Assembly (NCBI GenBank): GCA_049700215.1
Contig: JBNAVT010000018.1
Coordinates: forward strand, 1-44,076
Direction of reading: 5' to 3'
DNA: 44,076 nucleotides
Source: Thermoproteota archaeon
Lineage (GTDB): Archaea; Thermoproteota; EX4484-205; JAAOZP01
The notes under the pieces are model-generated. The model did not search any database, was not told the DNA's origin, and saw only the letters and a list, made by a program, of their open reading frames with translations. The number at the start of each line of letters is the position of its first letter. Within the stretch, counting starts at the first letter, position 1. Made by a program: the position numbers and the translations under genes. Positions 8,909 through 18,829 of the stretch are shown one piece after another.

Positions 8909-10123
8909 CTAGATGAGAAGCCTCATCCTCCTCAGCGATTCGAGAAGCCTTTCCACCTCCTCCAGAGTATTGTAGAGGTAGAAGCTTACTCTGGCGACGG
9001 CGCTGGCTCCCAGAGCGTTCACAAGCGGCTCAGCACATAGGGCTCCAGACCTAATCATTATCCCATCTGCGTCGAGAAACTGGGCGACATCATGAGGATG
9101 AACACCCTTAACGTTGAAGCTTAAGAGGCCGGAATGCTTGCTGCTCTCCCTAGGCCCGTAGACCTCAACCATGCTCCAGTCAAGCCCCTCCAGAAGGTGC
9201 TTAACAAGCTTCAACTCGTGTTCAGCAATGTTCTCCATCCCTATCCTGCGCAAGTAGTCTACGGCGGCAGCCAGCCCGATGACACCTCCAACGTTCGGAG
9301 TCCCGGCTTCAAACCTGAAGGGAATATCCTCGTAAACCTGGGTTTCAGCGGTGACCGTCTTAACCATACCGCCTCCGAGGAGCAGCGGCTCAAACTCCTC
9401 CAGAATACTCCTCCTAACGTACAGCACGCCTATTCCTGTCGGCCCAAGCATCTTGTGGCCGCTGAAAGCCATAGCATCAGGGTCAACCTCCTTAACGTTG
9501 AAAGGCATATGCGGCACGCTCTGGGCAGCGTCCAGTATGAATAGGCTACCATGCTTGTGGGCTAGTCTTGAAAGCTCCTTAACCGGGTTGACTGTTCCAA
9601 GAACGTTTGAAACATGCAGGGTTGTAAGTATTTCACACCCTTCTTCAAGGCTTTCCTCAACCTTCTCCATGTCTATCGTGAAATCCCTGTTCATCCCAAC
9701 TATGATAAGCCTCCCACCCTTCTTGGCCACGATTCTCCTCCAGGGCAGGAGGTTGCTGTGATGCTCCATTATGCTGGTTACAACCACACGCCCCCTGCTG
9801 ATTCTCCCGGAGAAGGCTTCTGCAACCATGTTTAAGCCCTCGGTCGTGTTCCTGGTGAAAACTATCTCGTCCTCGCCGGCACCTATGAACCCGGCTATTT
9901 TACGCCTAGCCTCCATGTAGAGGTCAGTCGCCTGAGAGCTCAACGTGTTTACGCTGCGAAAAACATCAGAATTATAATTATAGTAGTAGTCTTTTATGGC
10001 CTCAACAACCTGAACCGGCTTCTGGGTTGTCGCCGCATTGTTGAAGTAAACAAGTCTTTTACCGTTTATAACCCTCTTCAGAATCGGAAAATCCTCCCTT
10101 ACAGCATACGGGTCCAGGGGCAT
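8909..10123 (-). CDS. sufS: SufS-type cysteine desulfurase
   Basis: YFNNAATTQKP, EHHSN, DAAQ, SGHKMLGPTG (PLP lysine) and RSGALCA (catalytic Cys). Confidence 0.93.
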   Translation of the reverse strand: MPLDPYAVREDFPILKRVINGKRLVYFNNAATTQKPVQVVEAIKDYYYNYNSDVFRSVNTLSSQATDLYMEARRKIAGFIGAGEDEIVFTRNTTEGLNMVAEAFSGRISRGRVVVTSIMEHHSNLLPWRRIVAKKGGRLIIVGMNRDFTIDMEKVEESLEEGCEILTTLHVSNVLGTVNPVKELSRLAHKHGSLFILDAAQSVPHMPFNVKEVDPDAMAFSGHKMLGPTGIGVLYVRRSILEEFEPLLLGGGMVKTVTAETQVYEDIPFRFEAGTPNVGGVIGLAAAVDYLRRIGMENIAEHELKLVKHLLEGLDWSMVEVYGPRESSKHSGLLSFNVKGVHPHDVAQFLDADGIMIRSGALCAEPLVNALGASAVARVSFYLYNTLEEVERLLESLRRMRLLI

Positions 10124-10210
10124 AAGCCGATTATAGCCCGGGGGGCTTTAAAGATGTTTCTTTCGAAAGCGAGAACTTTAAAAACCTTCTCTACTGTTAC
10201 AGGACAATAC

Positions 10211-11674
10211 TTGTTCGAGCCGAGCGAGCACGAGGAGAAGGTTAGAAGGATACTTCCCATACTCATAATAGTCTCGGTGGCTCTGCTCGGAGTAGTCATC
10301 GTCTACTTCCTGCTGACCAGGGTTCTCACCCCACCGGCGCCGGTTTACGACTTCAGGCTTGAGCTGAACAGCACCCGGGTTGAGGTTCTTCCGGGTAAGA
10401 TTGTGAACACGCTGATAACCCTCGTGCCCGAGGGAGCTTTCCAGGGGAGCGTAACCCTTAAGATTGAGAAGCCGGTGGACATTGATTACTCCGTCTCAAA
10501 CTGGGTTCTAACACCGTCTTCGAGAAACGCTGTTCTAACGCTGAACACGACAGGCCTACCACCGGGTTCATACCCGGTTAACGTCTCAGGCTCCTACCTG
10601 GAGGTTGAGAGGAAAACCAGGCTCACGATAATAGTCAAGGAGGTTGAGAAACCCTGGTTTGAAGCCAGCGTGAGCATTCAGCCTGGAAGCATCATGCAGA
10701 CTGAAACGTTCCTGCTGAACATTTCAATAACTCCACGCGCCGGCTTCAACGAGAGCATAAGTGTTTCGATCAGAGGCCTCGCGGGAGCGAGCCTCGAGGA
10801 AAACACTATAGAGAAGGGAGTGGTGAGAAAAACGGTAAGAGTTAAAACAAACAGGAGCATCCCCGTCGGAGTTAACAGTTTCACGGTGGTTTTAAACTCG
10901 ACGAGCCATGAGGCGCTTGCAAACCTGTCGATAACGGTTTCAGAGGCTCCTCCACCAGACTTCACAGTAAGCTTCCACCCGAACATTACGCTGGCTAAGC
11001 CGGGGGATGTTGTAAGCATCGCGGTAAGCGTTACGCCGCTCTACGGTTTCGACGAGACGGTGCACGTCTACTCGAGCCACATCGGGCTTAGTCTGAACGA
11101 GTTTAACGGCAGCGACTTCTTCATGACGCCGAGGAACTACAGCAGGGTGTTTGTGACTATGGAGATAGATGAGCGCTCCACGTTCGGGATAAATGTTTTA
11201 ACGTTCATTGTGGAAACCTCGTCTAGGAGGGAGATTAAAGGTGTTAAGCTGGGGGTTGCGAACGTTTCCTCAACCTTTAAGCAGCCTGCGCCAAGCATAG
11301 TAGCATACTTCGAGAGTTTCGACGCATCCCCCGGGGGGAAGACGACTATCGATTTCCTCGTTGGGTCTATAAACGGGTTTGAGGGGGAGGTTCTCCTCAG
11401 AGTCACAAAGTATAATTCGTCAGACCCGGATTTAGGCATGTTCTACTTTTCAACGGGAGAAGGGTTTCCGAAAATAGGGGTTAGCGTCGAGAGGGTGAAC
11501 ATAACCGCCGGGGAAGCTAGATTCGTATTCCTAAGCATAGAGCTGAAGGAAAGCATTGCCAGCGGGGTTTACAGGATCAACGTTGAGCTGTGCACAGAGC
11601 AAACCCCGCCGAACATGGCTTTCCCATTGTTGAAGCCGGTAAGCGTGTACACTATTGAGCTGCACGTCGACTAG
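10211..11674 (+). CDS. membrane-anchored surface glycoprotein with about four Ig-like beta-sandwich repeats
   Basis: One N-terminal TM helix, repeated DFxL/V...PxxGFxxxV units and 14 N-x-S/T sequons. Start TTG 10211 inferred from tttaaaaa at 10177. Confidence 0.75.
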   Translation: MFEPSEHEEKVRRILPILIIVSVALLGVVIVYFLLTRVLTPPAPVYDFRLELNSTRVEVLPGKIVNTLITLVPEGAFQGSVTLKIEKPVDIDYSVSNWVLTPSSRNAVLTLNTTGLPPGSYPVNVSGSYLEVERKTRLTIIVKEVEKPWFEASVSIQPGSIMQTETFLLNISITPRAGFNESISVSIRGLAGASLEENTIEKGVVRKTVRVKTNRSIPVGVNSFTVVLNSTSHEALANLSITVSEAPPPDFTVSFHPNITLAKPGDVVSIAVSVTPLYGFDETVHVYSSHIGLSLNEFNGSDFFMTPRNYSRVFVTMEIDERSTFGINVLTFIVETSSRREIKGVKLGVANVSSTFKQPAPSIVAYFESFDASPGGKTTIDFLVGSINGFEGEVLLRVTKYNSSDPDLGMFYFSTGEGFPKIGVSVERVNITAGEARFVFLSIELKESIASGVYRINVELCTEQTPPNMAFPLLKPVSVYTIELHVD

Positions 11675-11699
11675 GAGTCGGGCAGGCTCCCCGGCGGTT

Positions 11700-12542
11700 A
11701 TGAACCCGTTTCAAGCGTCTAACGAGAACCTGGTTAGGGAGACGATTAGCCTGATCAAGAAATACGGGGTACGGCCTAGGAAGAGGCTTAGCCAGAGCTT
11801 CGTCGTCGACAGGCTTCTGGTTAAAACAATCGTTGAAAACGTTCAGCCTAAGCCTAGTGACGTTATCGTCGAGATTGGAGCAGGGCTGGGAACACTGACT
11901 TTTGAACTGGCTAAGCATGGTTCAAAGGTTAAGGCTGTTGAAATCGACCCGGTGCTCGTAAGGGTTTTGAAAGACCGTTTCTCAAGTTTCCAAAACGTCG
12001 AGGTGGTTCAGGGCGACTTCACCAAGATGGATTTGAAAGGGAATGTTTACACTGGAAACATTCCCTACCATGTTTCAACCCCCGTGATTTTCAAGATTCT
12101 CGGGCAAAACTATGAGAAGGCTGTGATCACAGTGCAGAAGGAGGTTGCTGAAAGGATTGTTTCTAAGCCAGGTACCAGGGGCTACGGCAGGCTCACCGTC
12201 TCGGTTAACGCGATGGCTGAGCCGCGCGTACTAGGCTTCTTCCCATCCTCCTCATTCTACCCTAGGCCGAAGGTTGCCCACGCAGTCCTCTATATTAAGC
12301 CCTCCAGGAAGACTGTTGACAAGAATGTTCTGGAAAGCCTGCTTAGGGCAATGTTCAGCCAGAGAAACAGGCTGGCGAGAACAGTCTTGAAGAGGAGTCT
12401 TGAACAGCTGTACGGTGAAAAGGGCAGACGAGCCTACCCTAGTGTTTTCCAGCTTATTCCAGAGGCCGGCAGGGTTTTCGAGCTTACCGTCCAGGATTTT
12501 CTCAACCTCGCCCAGGCTGTTTCAAACAGTATTGGCGCTTAA
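11700..12542 (+). CDS. ksgA: 16S rRNA adenine dimethyltransferase (KsgA/Dim1)
   Basis: LSQSF, EIGAGLGTLT, VEID, GNIPY, QKEVAERI, YGRLTV and FYPRPKV. Confidence 0.95.
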   Translation: MNPFQASNENLVRETISLIKKYGVRPRKRLSQSFVVDRLLVKTIVENVQPKPSDVIVEIGAGLGTLTFELAKHGSKVKAVEIDPVLVRVLKDRFSSFQNVEVVQGDFTKMDLKGNVYTGNIPYHVSTPVIFKILGQNYEKAVITVQKEVAERIVSKPGTRGYGRLTVSVNAMAEPRVLGFFPSSSFYPRPKVAHAVLYIKPSRKTVDKNVLESLLRAMFSQRNRLARTVLKRSLEQLYGEKGRRAYPSVFQLIPEAGRVFELTVQDFLNLAQAVSNSIGA

Positions 12543-12569
12543 GTGCATAACGCGTAAGGATTCCTCGGA

Positions 12570-15500
12570 ATGCTGGTTTCGAAAACAGTTTGGAAAACCC
12601 TGCTGCTCGCCTCAACCATAGTCGCGCTCCGATGCCTCATCCTGGCGGAAGCCCAGCCGAGCAGCATACCGTCATCCTACTCTTGGAGCGGCTTAAGGAC
12701 GGACACGGTGCGAGTAAGCTACTCCTACAGCCAAAGAATATGGTACGGAGGAACAGGCTACCTTCAGATTAAGGCGAGCGGGCCGGGAGTATACAGTGAC
12801 ACTAAAACAACTACTGCAACAGTCACCGTGTCAGAGGGTGGTGAGGCGAGCATCTACGTCTGCGGCGACGACAGGAACCCTGTTCCAAACGGCTGGACTG
12901 TTCAGGAAAAACGTCTCACTGTTTACGTCGACGGCGTTAAGGTTTACGGGCTGGGGAAGGAATACTGGTGGGCGCACTGCTACTCTAAGGCTGCGACCCT
13001 TGGAGCGGGGACGCATAGGGTTGAGCTCACCATAAGCATTACTGTGAAAGTGGTTTCAAACGTTTACGAGGAGCTCTCCATAGCCTACGCAACCATGGAT
13101 ATTAAGGTTGAAGCCTCGGGGACGGTGCGGGCCGAGTCCCACAGGGCTCAAGCAGAGTTAAACGGGGAGGTGACTCACGTCTTCACCTTCAGGCTTCCGG
13201 AGGCTTCTGGCGTTGGGAGCGTTAACTGGAAAGCCGTTTGGAACAGTTTTGAGAAGACTGGCTGCGGCCCCCCGGGAAGCGTTCAGGAAGCGTTCTTCAC
13301 AGGAGTGAACAGGGACTCATGGGTTTTCGCAAGCCCGGTTGTGGTGGGGATGGGAGGCTCCACTCCCCGTGTTGAACCGGTTGAGGAATACTCGGTGGAC
13401 TCCGTCTACTCCGAGGGAGCTGGGGAGGTTGGGGTTCGCAGGATCGCCGTGGCCGTCAGCAACGGTGACGAGGTTGGGTTCACCCTCGGGAAGTACCTTG
13501 TGACGAGCATAGAGTACCTGGGTTTAAACATAAGCGGGTGCACTAGCGTGGAGGGCTTGGACGCGTGGGCCGACAGCAATTCTAATGTTCACTGGTCTCA
13601 GAAAATAAGGTTCTACAGCGCGGAAGGATGGGTTGTGGAGGAGGCTGCCGGCGGGGTTGAAACCGGGTTCTGCGTTTTGAAGGAGATCGGCGGGGGGACA
13701 GTCTCCAGGAGAGTCTCCTTCTCGTCTAGAAACAGGGTTGACGAGTTGACGCTGACGATCAATGTTCCCCAGCTGAGGCTGCGCTTCGACTCGATGACGA
13801 TTGAGCCCATTGGGCCGACCGACCTGGGTTTACGCATGCTTGGCGAGACTGTTGAGCTCAGGGTTAAGGCTTCCGACTGCCTCGGGGAGTACTCGAGAAT
13901 AGAAGTCTACAGGGTTTCAGAGTCGAGCCCTGGCGTCAGGAAATACTCTTTCAACCCGCCTACGGGAGTCTACCGGGGAATAACCTCGACCACTGGTGGA
14001 AACGTGACGTTTAAAGTCGCATGGTCATCCTACGAGCTCGAAGTCAAGAATGTCTCCGGCGGGGTTCTGAGGAGCGGTGTTTACTGGGCGAGGAGCGGCT
14101 CAAAGGCGAGGATCACTGTTTCAGCATGCTTTTCTCACGATAATAGTCCAGCGGCCGGCGTCAGGATAATGGACTCCAAGGGTGGCGAGGCTTTAACAGG
14201 GCTCAACGGTGAGGCAGAGTTCTCGTACACCGGGGAGGATTGTGAAGCTTGCTTGACCTACGTTATCGTAGACGGGGAGGGGAATAGGCTGAGCGGAGAG
14301 GCGTGTGTGAGAATAGTTTTCACTGGGATCAGGCTTGAAGTCTCCGGGGTAGACGCCTTCCTCTACGAAGGCTCCTACTATGCTTGCAACGACGCTTTCT
14401 CAAGCGTTTCAGTCAAGGCAGTCTACTCCCACAGCTTTAAACCGGTTGCCGGAGCCCTGGTGGAGTTTAAGCCCTCAGGATCCTCCGCCTCGACGGGGGT
14501 TGACGGCGCAGCGGTGCTGAGGCTGACCGGCAGGAACAGAGTTTACGAGGGCAAGATTGAGGCGAGCGACGGCTTCATTGTGGGGGAAGCAGGCTTCAGA
14601 ATATTTTTCACTGGAATACTGCTGGAAGCGTCCAGGACGCTGGTCAGCGGCAGGCCCGGGGAGGAGGTGGAGGTCACTGTCTCCGCGAGGCTCTCCCTCA
14701 ACAGCACGCCTTTAAACGGTCTTGAAGTAAGATGGGTTGAGACCGGGCTCTCCGGTGAAACCCCCGCGTCCTTCAGGCTGAGAATACCTGACAAGGGCTT
14801 TTCGAAAGCGTCCTTCGACGCCGTAGGGTTACTGCCCTGTGTTGAACCCTGCGTCGTAACCCTTGTCTCCAACAGCGTAGGGTTCAGCGGCCCGGAGAAC
14901 ACTGGGCCAGTGATAATCGTTAATAATATTCTTCTGGAAAACTATTCCTTCAGAATCATGCTGAACATAATGGACCTGCTTAACATAACGATACCCCGGG
15001 TGGCTTGGCGTAACAATGGGAGCGTTGCCCAAGGGGTTAGGATCGGGGTTGTGTCTTCTAACGGGACGGTGGTGAGGAGCAGCCTAGTCTCAAGCACGGG
15101 TGTAAGCTTCAACTGGACGGAGTCTAAGCCCGGCGTCTACCGTTACTTCGTGAGGACGCTTGAGGAAAATGTTTACAGCGACGTGCTCAGCATTGAGGCT
15201 GTTTTCACAGCCTTCAACATTACCGCGGACTACATACTGGATTTAAACGGGTCCAGGGTGTTCTGCGCCACGGCGCGCTGGGCTCACAACGGTTCTCCTG
15301 TAAGCAGCCTACCCGTCTACACGAGTCTCACGAGGAAGAGGACTCTGTCAGACGACGAGGGGAGGATAAGGCTGGCTTTAAACGACTACGAATACAATGC
15401 TTCATGCGTTGAGAGAATACTGGTTTTCAAAATGGACCCGCATTCCTCCGGAATATGGAGGACCGTCGGGGACTGCAGCATCAGGATTGTTAGGCTCGAC

Positions 15501-16106
15501 TGGGGGAGCCTGGCTTTAAGGGGAGACCAGTATGGCTTCGAAGCCCTTCTAAGCCTGGAGGCTGGCGACGGCTTAGTCAGCCTGCCTCTGAAGATCATGG
15601 TTGAAGGCTATCCTCCGGAAATATTTTCCTCAATAAGGGTTCTGAGAGTCCAGAGTGATAACTCGAGCATGACTGTTTTCCTAAACCCTTCCGGAGGATT
15701 CTCCTTCAGGGAGAGGCTTGCGCTGAGAATAGACTACGCTGAATACGATGGCAACAGGATAACGGTTAGGGTCAGGTCTCTCGCTGAAAAGCTGGTTGTC
15801 AGGAGCGTCAGGGTGAAGGCGGTGGATACTGGTGTTGAGAAGACGCTTGGAGACCTTCAACCAGGCTCCTGTCTAGAAGCCTCGCTGGAGCTGCCCCAGG
15901 CTGTCGGCGTGAACCCAGTAATAATCGTAGCATACTCTGAGAACACTGTTCCCCATGCTGTTAGGGTTTGGAGGAGGAACGGGCCAGACCTTTTCCCACT
16001 AATATCCGTGACACCGCTGCTGGCTGCTCTCGCCCTGAGGCTTAGGAACAGGGGTAGGAGCGCCGACGGTGGGAAACAGGGTTCTCGAGAGAAGCCTTCG
16101 TGTTAA
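12570..16106 (+). CDS. large exported beta-rich surface protein with tandem Ig-like repeats and C-terminal membrane anchor
   Basis: N-terminal signal peptide (ending AEA), five roughly 90-105 aa repeats, and a C-terminal hydrophobic stretch followed by RLRNRGR. Confidence 0.8.
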   Translation: MLVSKTVWKTLLLASTIVALRCLILAEAQPSSIPSSYSWSGLRTDTVRVSYSYSQRIWYGGTGYLQIKASGPGVYSDTKTTTATVTVSEGGEASIYVCGDDRNPVPNGWTVQEKRLTVYVDGVKVYGLGKEYWWAHCYSKAATLGAGTHRVELTISITVKVVSNVYEELSIAYATMDIKVEASGTVRAESHRAQAELNGEVTHVFTFRLPEASGVGSVNWKAVWNSFEKTGCGPPGSVQEAFFTGVNRDSWVFASPVVVGMGGSTPRVEPVEEYSVDSVYSEGAGEVGVRRIAVAVSNGDEVGFTLGKYLVTSIEYLGLNISGCTSVEGLDAWADSNSNVHWSQKIRFYSAEGWVVEEAAGGVETGFCVLKEIGGGTVSRRVSFSSRNRVDELTLTINVPQLRLRFDSMTIEPIGPTDLGLRMLGETVELRVKASDCLGEYSRIEVYRVSESSPGVRKYSFNPPTGVYRGITSTTGGNVTFKVAWSSYELEVKNVSGGVLRSGVYWARSGSKARITVSACFSHDNSPAAGVRIMDSKGGEALTGLNGEAEFSYTGEDCEACLTYVIVDGEGNRLSGEACVRIVFTGIRLEVSGVDAFLYEGSYYACNDAFSSVSVKAVYSHSFKPVAGALVEFKPSGSSASTGVDGAAVLRLTGRNRVYEGKIEASDGFIVGEAGFRIFFTGILLEASRTLVSGRPGEEVEVTVSARLSLNSTPLNGLEVRWVETGLSGETPASFRLRIPDKGFSKASFDAVGLLPCVEPCVVTLVSNSVGFSGPENTGPVIIVNNILLENYSFRIMLNIMDLLNITIPRVAWRNNGSVAQGVRIGVVSSNGTVVRSSLVSSTGVSFNWTESKPGVYRYFVRTLEENVYSDVLSIEAVFTAFNITADYILDLNGSRVFCATARWAHNGSPVSSLPVYTSLTRKRTLSDDEGRIRLALNDYEYNASCVERILVFKMDPHSSGIWRTVGDCSIRIVRLDWGSLALRGDQYGFEALLSLEAGDGLVSLPLKIMVEGYPPEIFSSIRVLRVQSDNSSMTVFLNPSGGFSFRERLALRIDYAEYDGNRITVRVRSLAEKLVVRSVRVKAVDTGVEKTLGDLQPGSCLEASLELPQAVGVNPVIIVAYSENTVPHAVRVWRRNGPDLFPLISVTPLLAALALRLRNRGRSADGGKQGSREKPSC

Positions 16107-16118
16107 TGCTTTTAAGCG

Positions 16119-18095
16119 TTGCCCCGGATGGGGATGCAGAAGCCTTTGCACCAGACGGTTGAGAAATGGGCTAGGAAATACTTTCCCTACTCAGAGTTCA
16201 GGGAACACCAGCTTGAGGCTATAGAGTTCATCGCCAGAGTTTTCATCACGGGCAGAATAGGATTATTGTCTTCCCCCTGCGGAACCGGGAAATCTGTTTC
16301 AGTGTTAACAGCCTACTTGATGGCTAGGGAGGCTGAGGAGGTTGGTAAACTGTTCATACTGACCAGGACTAGGAACGAGCTTGAAATATACGCTAGAGAG
16401 CTTCAAACCATTGCTGAAAAGTCTCGAACAGTCCTCAGGGCGACGCTGATGATAAGCAGGCAGGAGATGTGCCCACTAGCCAAGGGTAGGATGGATGTTG
16501 GGAGAATGGATTACCGGAGCTTCCTAACGTATTGCAGCAGGCTTAAGAAGAATGCTTCAGGAGCACCCTGCCCCTACTACGCCAGGGTTTTCAGGGACTG
16601 GAGGCCTTCCAAGGAGGCATTAGCCTTCCTGGAGGAGACGAGTGTGAAAAGCGTTTTAATGCCTGACGACATGTATGACGAGGCTTCCTCCCGCGGAATG
16701 TGCCCGTATGAGCTGACTAGGCTGGCGGCTGCTGACTCAGACGTCATCATCGGCAACTATAATCATTTCCTTATAGAAGAGGCTAGGAGAAGCATATTCG
16801 CCAGGGGGAGGATGCGGATGAGCAGTGTGAACATTGTTTTCGACGAGGCCCACTCGCTTCCCTCCGTTGCCTCAGGGCTCCTTTCAGACGAGGTTTCCAC
16901 GAGAACCGTTTCAAGAGCCTGGAGAGAGGCTGTTGAACACGGGTTTGGAGAAAAGGGTTTCATAAGGCTTTTCAAAGCCTTCATGGAGAGGCTTGGGGGA
17001 AACGCTGTGAAGCAGGTTGGCGTCGGGGAGAACCACGTTTTGAAAGAGGACGAGGCCTCCGTGCCTAAGGCTGTCAGCCTCCCGGTGGAAACCATTCTTG
17101 AAACAGTCGAGAAGATGCTGGAGGAGTCTGAGAGAATAGTCTCCATGAAAATGGACGCTGGAAAGCCGCCTGTTTCACACCTTGGGAGGATCGCCGAGTT
17201 TATTCAAAGATGGGTCTCCGAGGATTCCGAGGAGACTGTTAGATACGTCAGGGTTGAGAAGGATGCTCGGGGCAGGAGGATAGTCAGGCTGGGAATATGC
17301 TCGATGGATGTTTCAAGAGTGACGCGCAGCCTGAACAGGGTTAGGTCAGCAGTATTAATGTCCGGCACACTGTGGGATTTCGACTATTACAGGGATGTTC
17401 TAGGCTTGGATGAGCATCGCGTATCAACACTATCCCTCCCCTCGCCGTTTAAAAAGGAGAACAGGCTGATACTCGTGGATAAGGCGGTAACAACCAAGTA
17501 CGAGCTTAGGGGGGAGATGACGGGCAGGATAGCGGAGAGGCTTAAAACGATAGTGGAATCCGTAGACGGGAGGGTTGCAGTATACTTCCCCTCCTACGAG
17601 CTGATGGAGAAGGTTTCAGACAGGCTCGTGGTAAACCGTCCAATAATGAGGGAGAACGTGAAGACAAGGGTCAGGGACGTTCTCAAGTTCCTCAGGGAGA
17701 ACGATAAGTGTATAGCGGTAGGTGTTGCAAGAGGGAAGATAAGCGAGGGCGTGGACCTTACGAGCGAGGGCTCATCCCTCCTCTCGGCGGTTGTGATAGT
17801 CGGCCTCCCCTACCCTAAGAGGAGCGAGATGCATGAAGCCCTTTTAAAATACTATGAGAAGAAGTTCGGCGACAGGGCTTTTGAATACGCCAGCACCACG
17901 CCATGCATAGTCACCCTGGCCCAGATGGCTGGCAGGCTGATTAGGAGTCAGCAGGACAGGGGAGTCATAGTAATAATGGATAGCAGAATATACGGGAGGG
18001 TTAGGGATAAGCTTCCGCCGGACTGGAGGGAAGACATGCAGGCTCATTTGAAAATCGAAAACCTTGCGGGAGAGATAGGCAGATTCCTCTCGTGA
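16119..18095 (+). CDS. xpd: XPD/Rad3-family Fe-S DNA helicase
   Basis: Q motif FREHQ, Walker A SPCGTGKS, four Fe-S cysteines (EMCP, YCS, PCPYY, MCPYE), DEAH, SGTL, SEGVD and QMAGRLIRS. Confidence 0.92.
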   Translation: MPRMGMQKPLHQTVEKWARKYFPYSEFREHQLEAIEFIARVFITGRIGLLSSPCGTGKSVSVLTAYLMAREAEEVGKLFILTRTRNELEIYARELQTIAEKSRTVLRATLMISRQEMCPLAKGRMDVGRMDYRSFLTYCSRLKKNASGAPCPYYARVFRDWRPSKEALAFLEETSVKSVLMPDDMYDEASSRGMCPYELTRLAAADSDVIIGNYNHFLIEEARRSIFARGRMRMSSVNIVFDEAHSLPSVASGLLSDEVSTRTVSRAWREAVEHGFGEKGFIRLFKAFMERLGGNAVKQVGVGENHVLKEDEASVPKAVSLPVETILETVEKMLEESERIVSMKMDAGKPPVSHLGRIAEFIQRWVSEDSEETVRYVRVEKDARGRRIVRLGICSMDVSRVTRSLNRVRSAVLMSGTLWDFDYYRDVLGLDEHRVSTLSLPSPFKKENRLILVDKAVTTKYELRGEMTGRIAERLKTIVESVDGRVAVYFPSYELMEKVSDRLVVNRPIMRENVKTRVRDVLKFLRENDKCIAVGVARGKISEGVDLTSEGSSLLSAVVIVGLPYPKRSEMHEALLKYYEKKFGDRAFEYASTTPCIVTLAQMAGRLIRSQQDRGVIVIMDSRIYGRVRDKLPPDWREDMQAHLKIENLAGEIGRFLS

Positions 18096-18139
18096 GAAAG
18101 CCTTATATTTCTTTGAGAAGCATGGTTTCCGGCTTGAAC

Positions 18140-18637
18140 ATGGAAACCGGGGAGCCGGAGTATGGCGTGAGGGTTAGGAAGAGAGACGTTGAGGTGGAGG
18201 TCTGGGGCAGCAGGGAGTTTGTGGAGGCGACTTTCGAGAGGCTGAGGAGCGAGTTCCTCCAGGAGAGGGTTGAGGCCGCGAGAACACTGGAACCCCAGCC
18301 GGCGCAGGGCGTAACCTTCACAGAGTTTCTCGCCGAGGAGGCTAAGAGAATCGGGAGGGAGCCGGATATGCTGAAGGGCTACGAGAAGATTCTGTTAATC
18401 GGCTACTATCTGTACATGGTTGAGAAAAGAGATTTTACTTACGAGGATGTTGAGAAGCTTAAGGAGGAGGCTAGGCTAAGCGGGCTTGAAAACCCCAGGC
18501 AGTATATGAGCATACTGATAAAGAGGGGTTTTGTGAGTGAAACGGGCGTCGAGGGTGGTAAGAAGGTTTTCAAAATGCTTCGGAGAGGCCTCCAGTATGT
18601 TGAGAACGGTTTTAGAGAGGCGGAGGCTCAGGTTTAA
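18140..18637 (+). CDS. two-domain hypothetical protein with C-terminal winged helix
   Basis: Small N-domain (VRVRKRDVEVEVWGSREFVE) and a wHTH-like C-terminus (NPRQYMSILIKRGFV...FKMLRRGLQYV). ATG 18140 follows cttatatt at 18102. Confidence 0.75.
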   Translation: METGEPEYGVRVRKRDVEVEVWGSREFVEATFERLRSEFLQERVEAARTLEPQPAQGVTFTEFLAEEAKRIGREPDMLKGYEKILLIGYYLYMVEKRDFTYEDVEKLKEEARLSGLENPRQYMSILIKRGFVSETGVEGGKKVFKMLRRGLQYVENGFREAEAQV

Positions 18638-18638
18638 A

Positions 18639-18658
18639 AAGGGTTTCCTGAAACCCTT
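18639..18658 (+). terminator. perfect 9-bp inverted repeat just after a stop codon (terminator-like)
   Basis: AAGGGTTTC-ct-GAAACCCTT begins 2 nt after the TAA at 18635-18637. Confidence 0.45.
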
Positions 18659-18829
18659 ATCTTTCAACAGGGCTTGCGGAAAGACTCCTAGACTCAGTAA
18701 GCCGGCACACGTTAACATAGTCCCGTGTTTAGTTTAACAGGGGACATGGCATTCACCATATGAAAGGCTATGCTGAATATTTTTAACCCTCACCCTCTAA
18801 ATATTCAGAAACAAGGGAGGCGGGAGAGC

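Noticed and set aside
8508-10123. sufS-sufU as part of the actin module
   Set aside because: Opposite strand and convergent; an ordinary sulfur-transfer gene pair.
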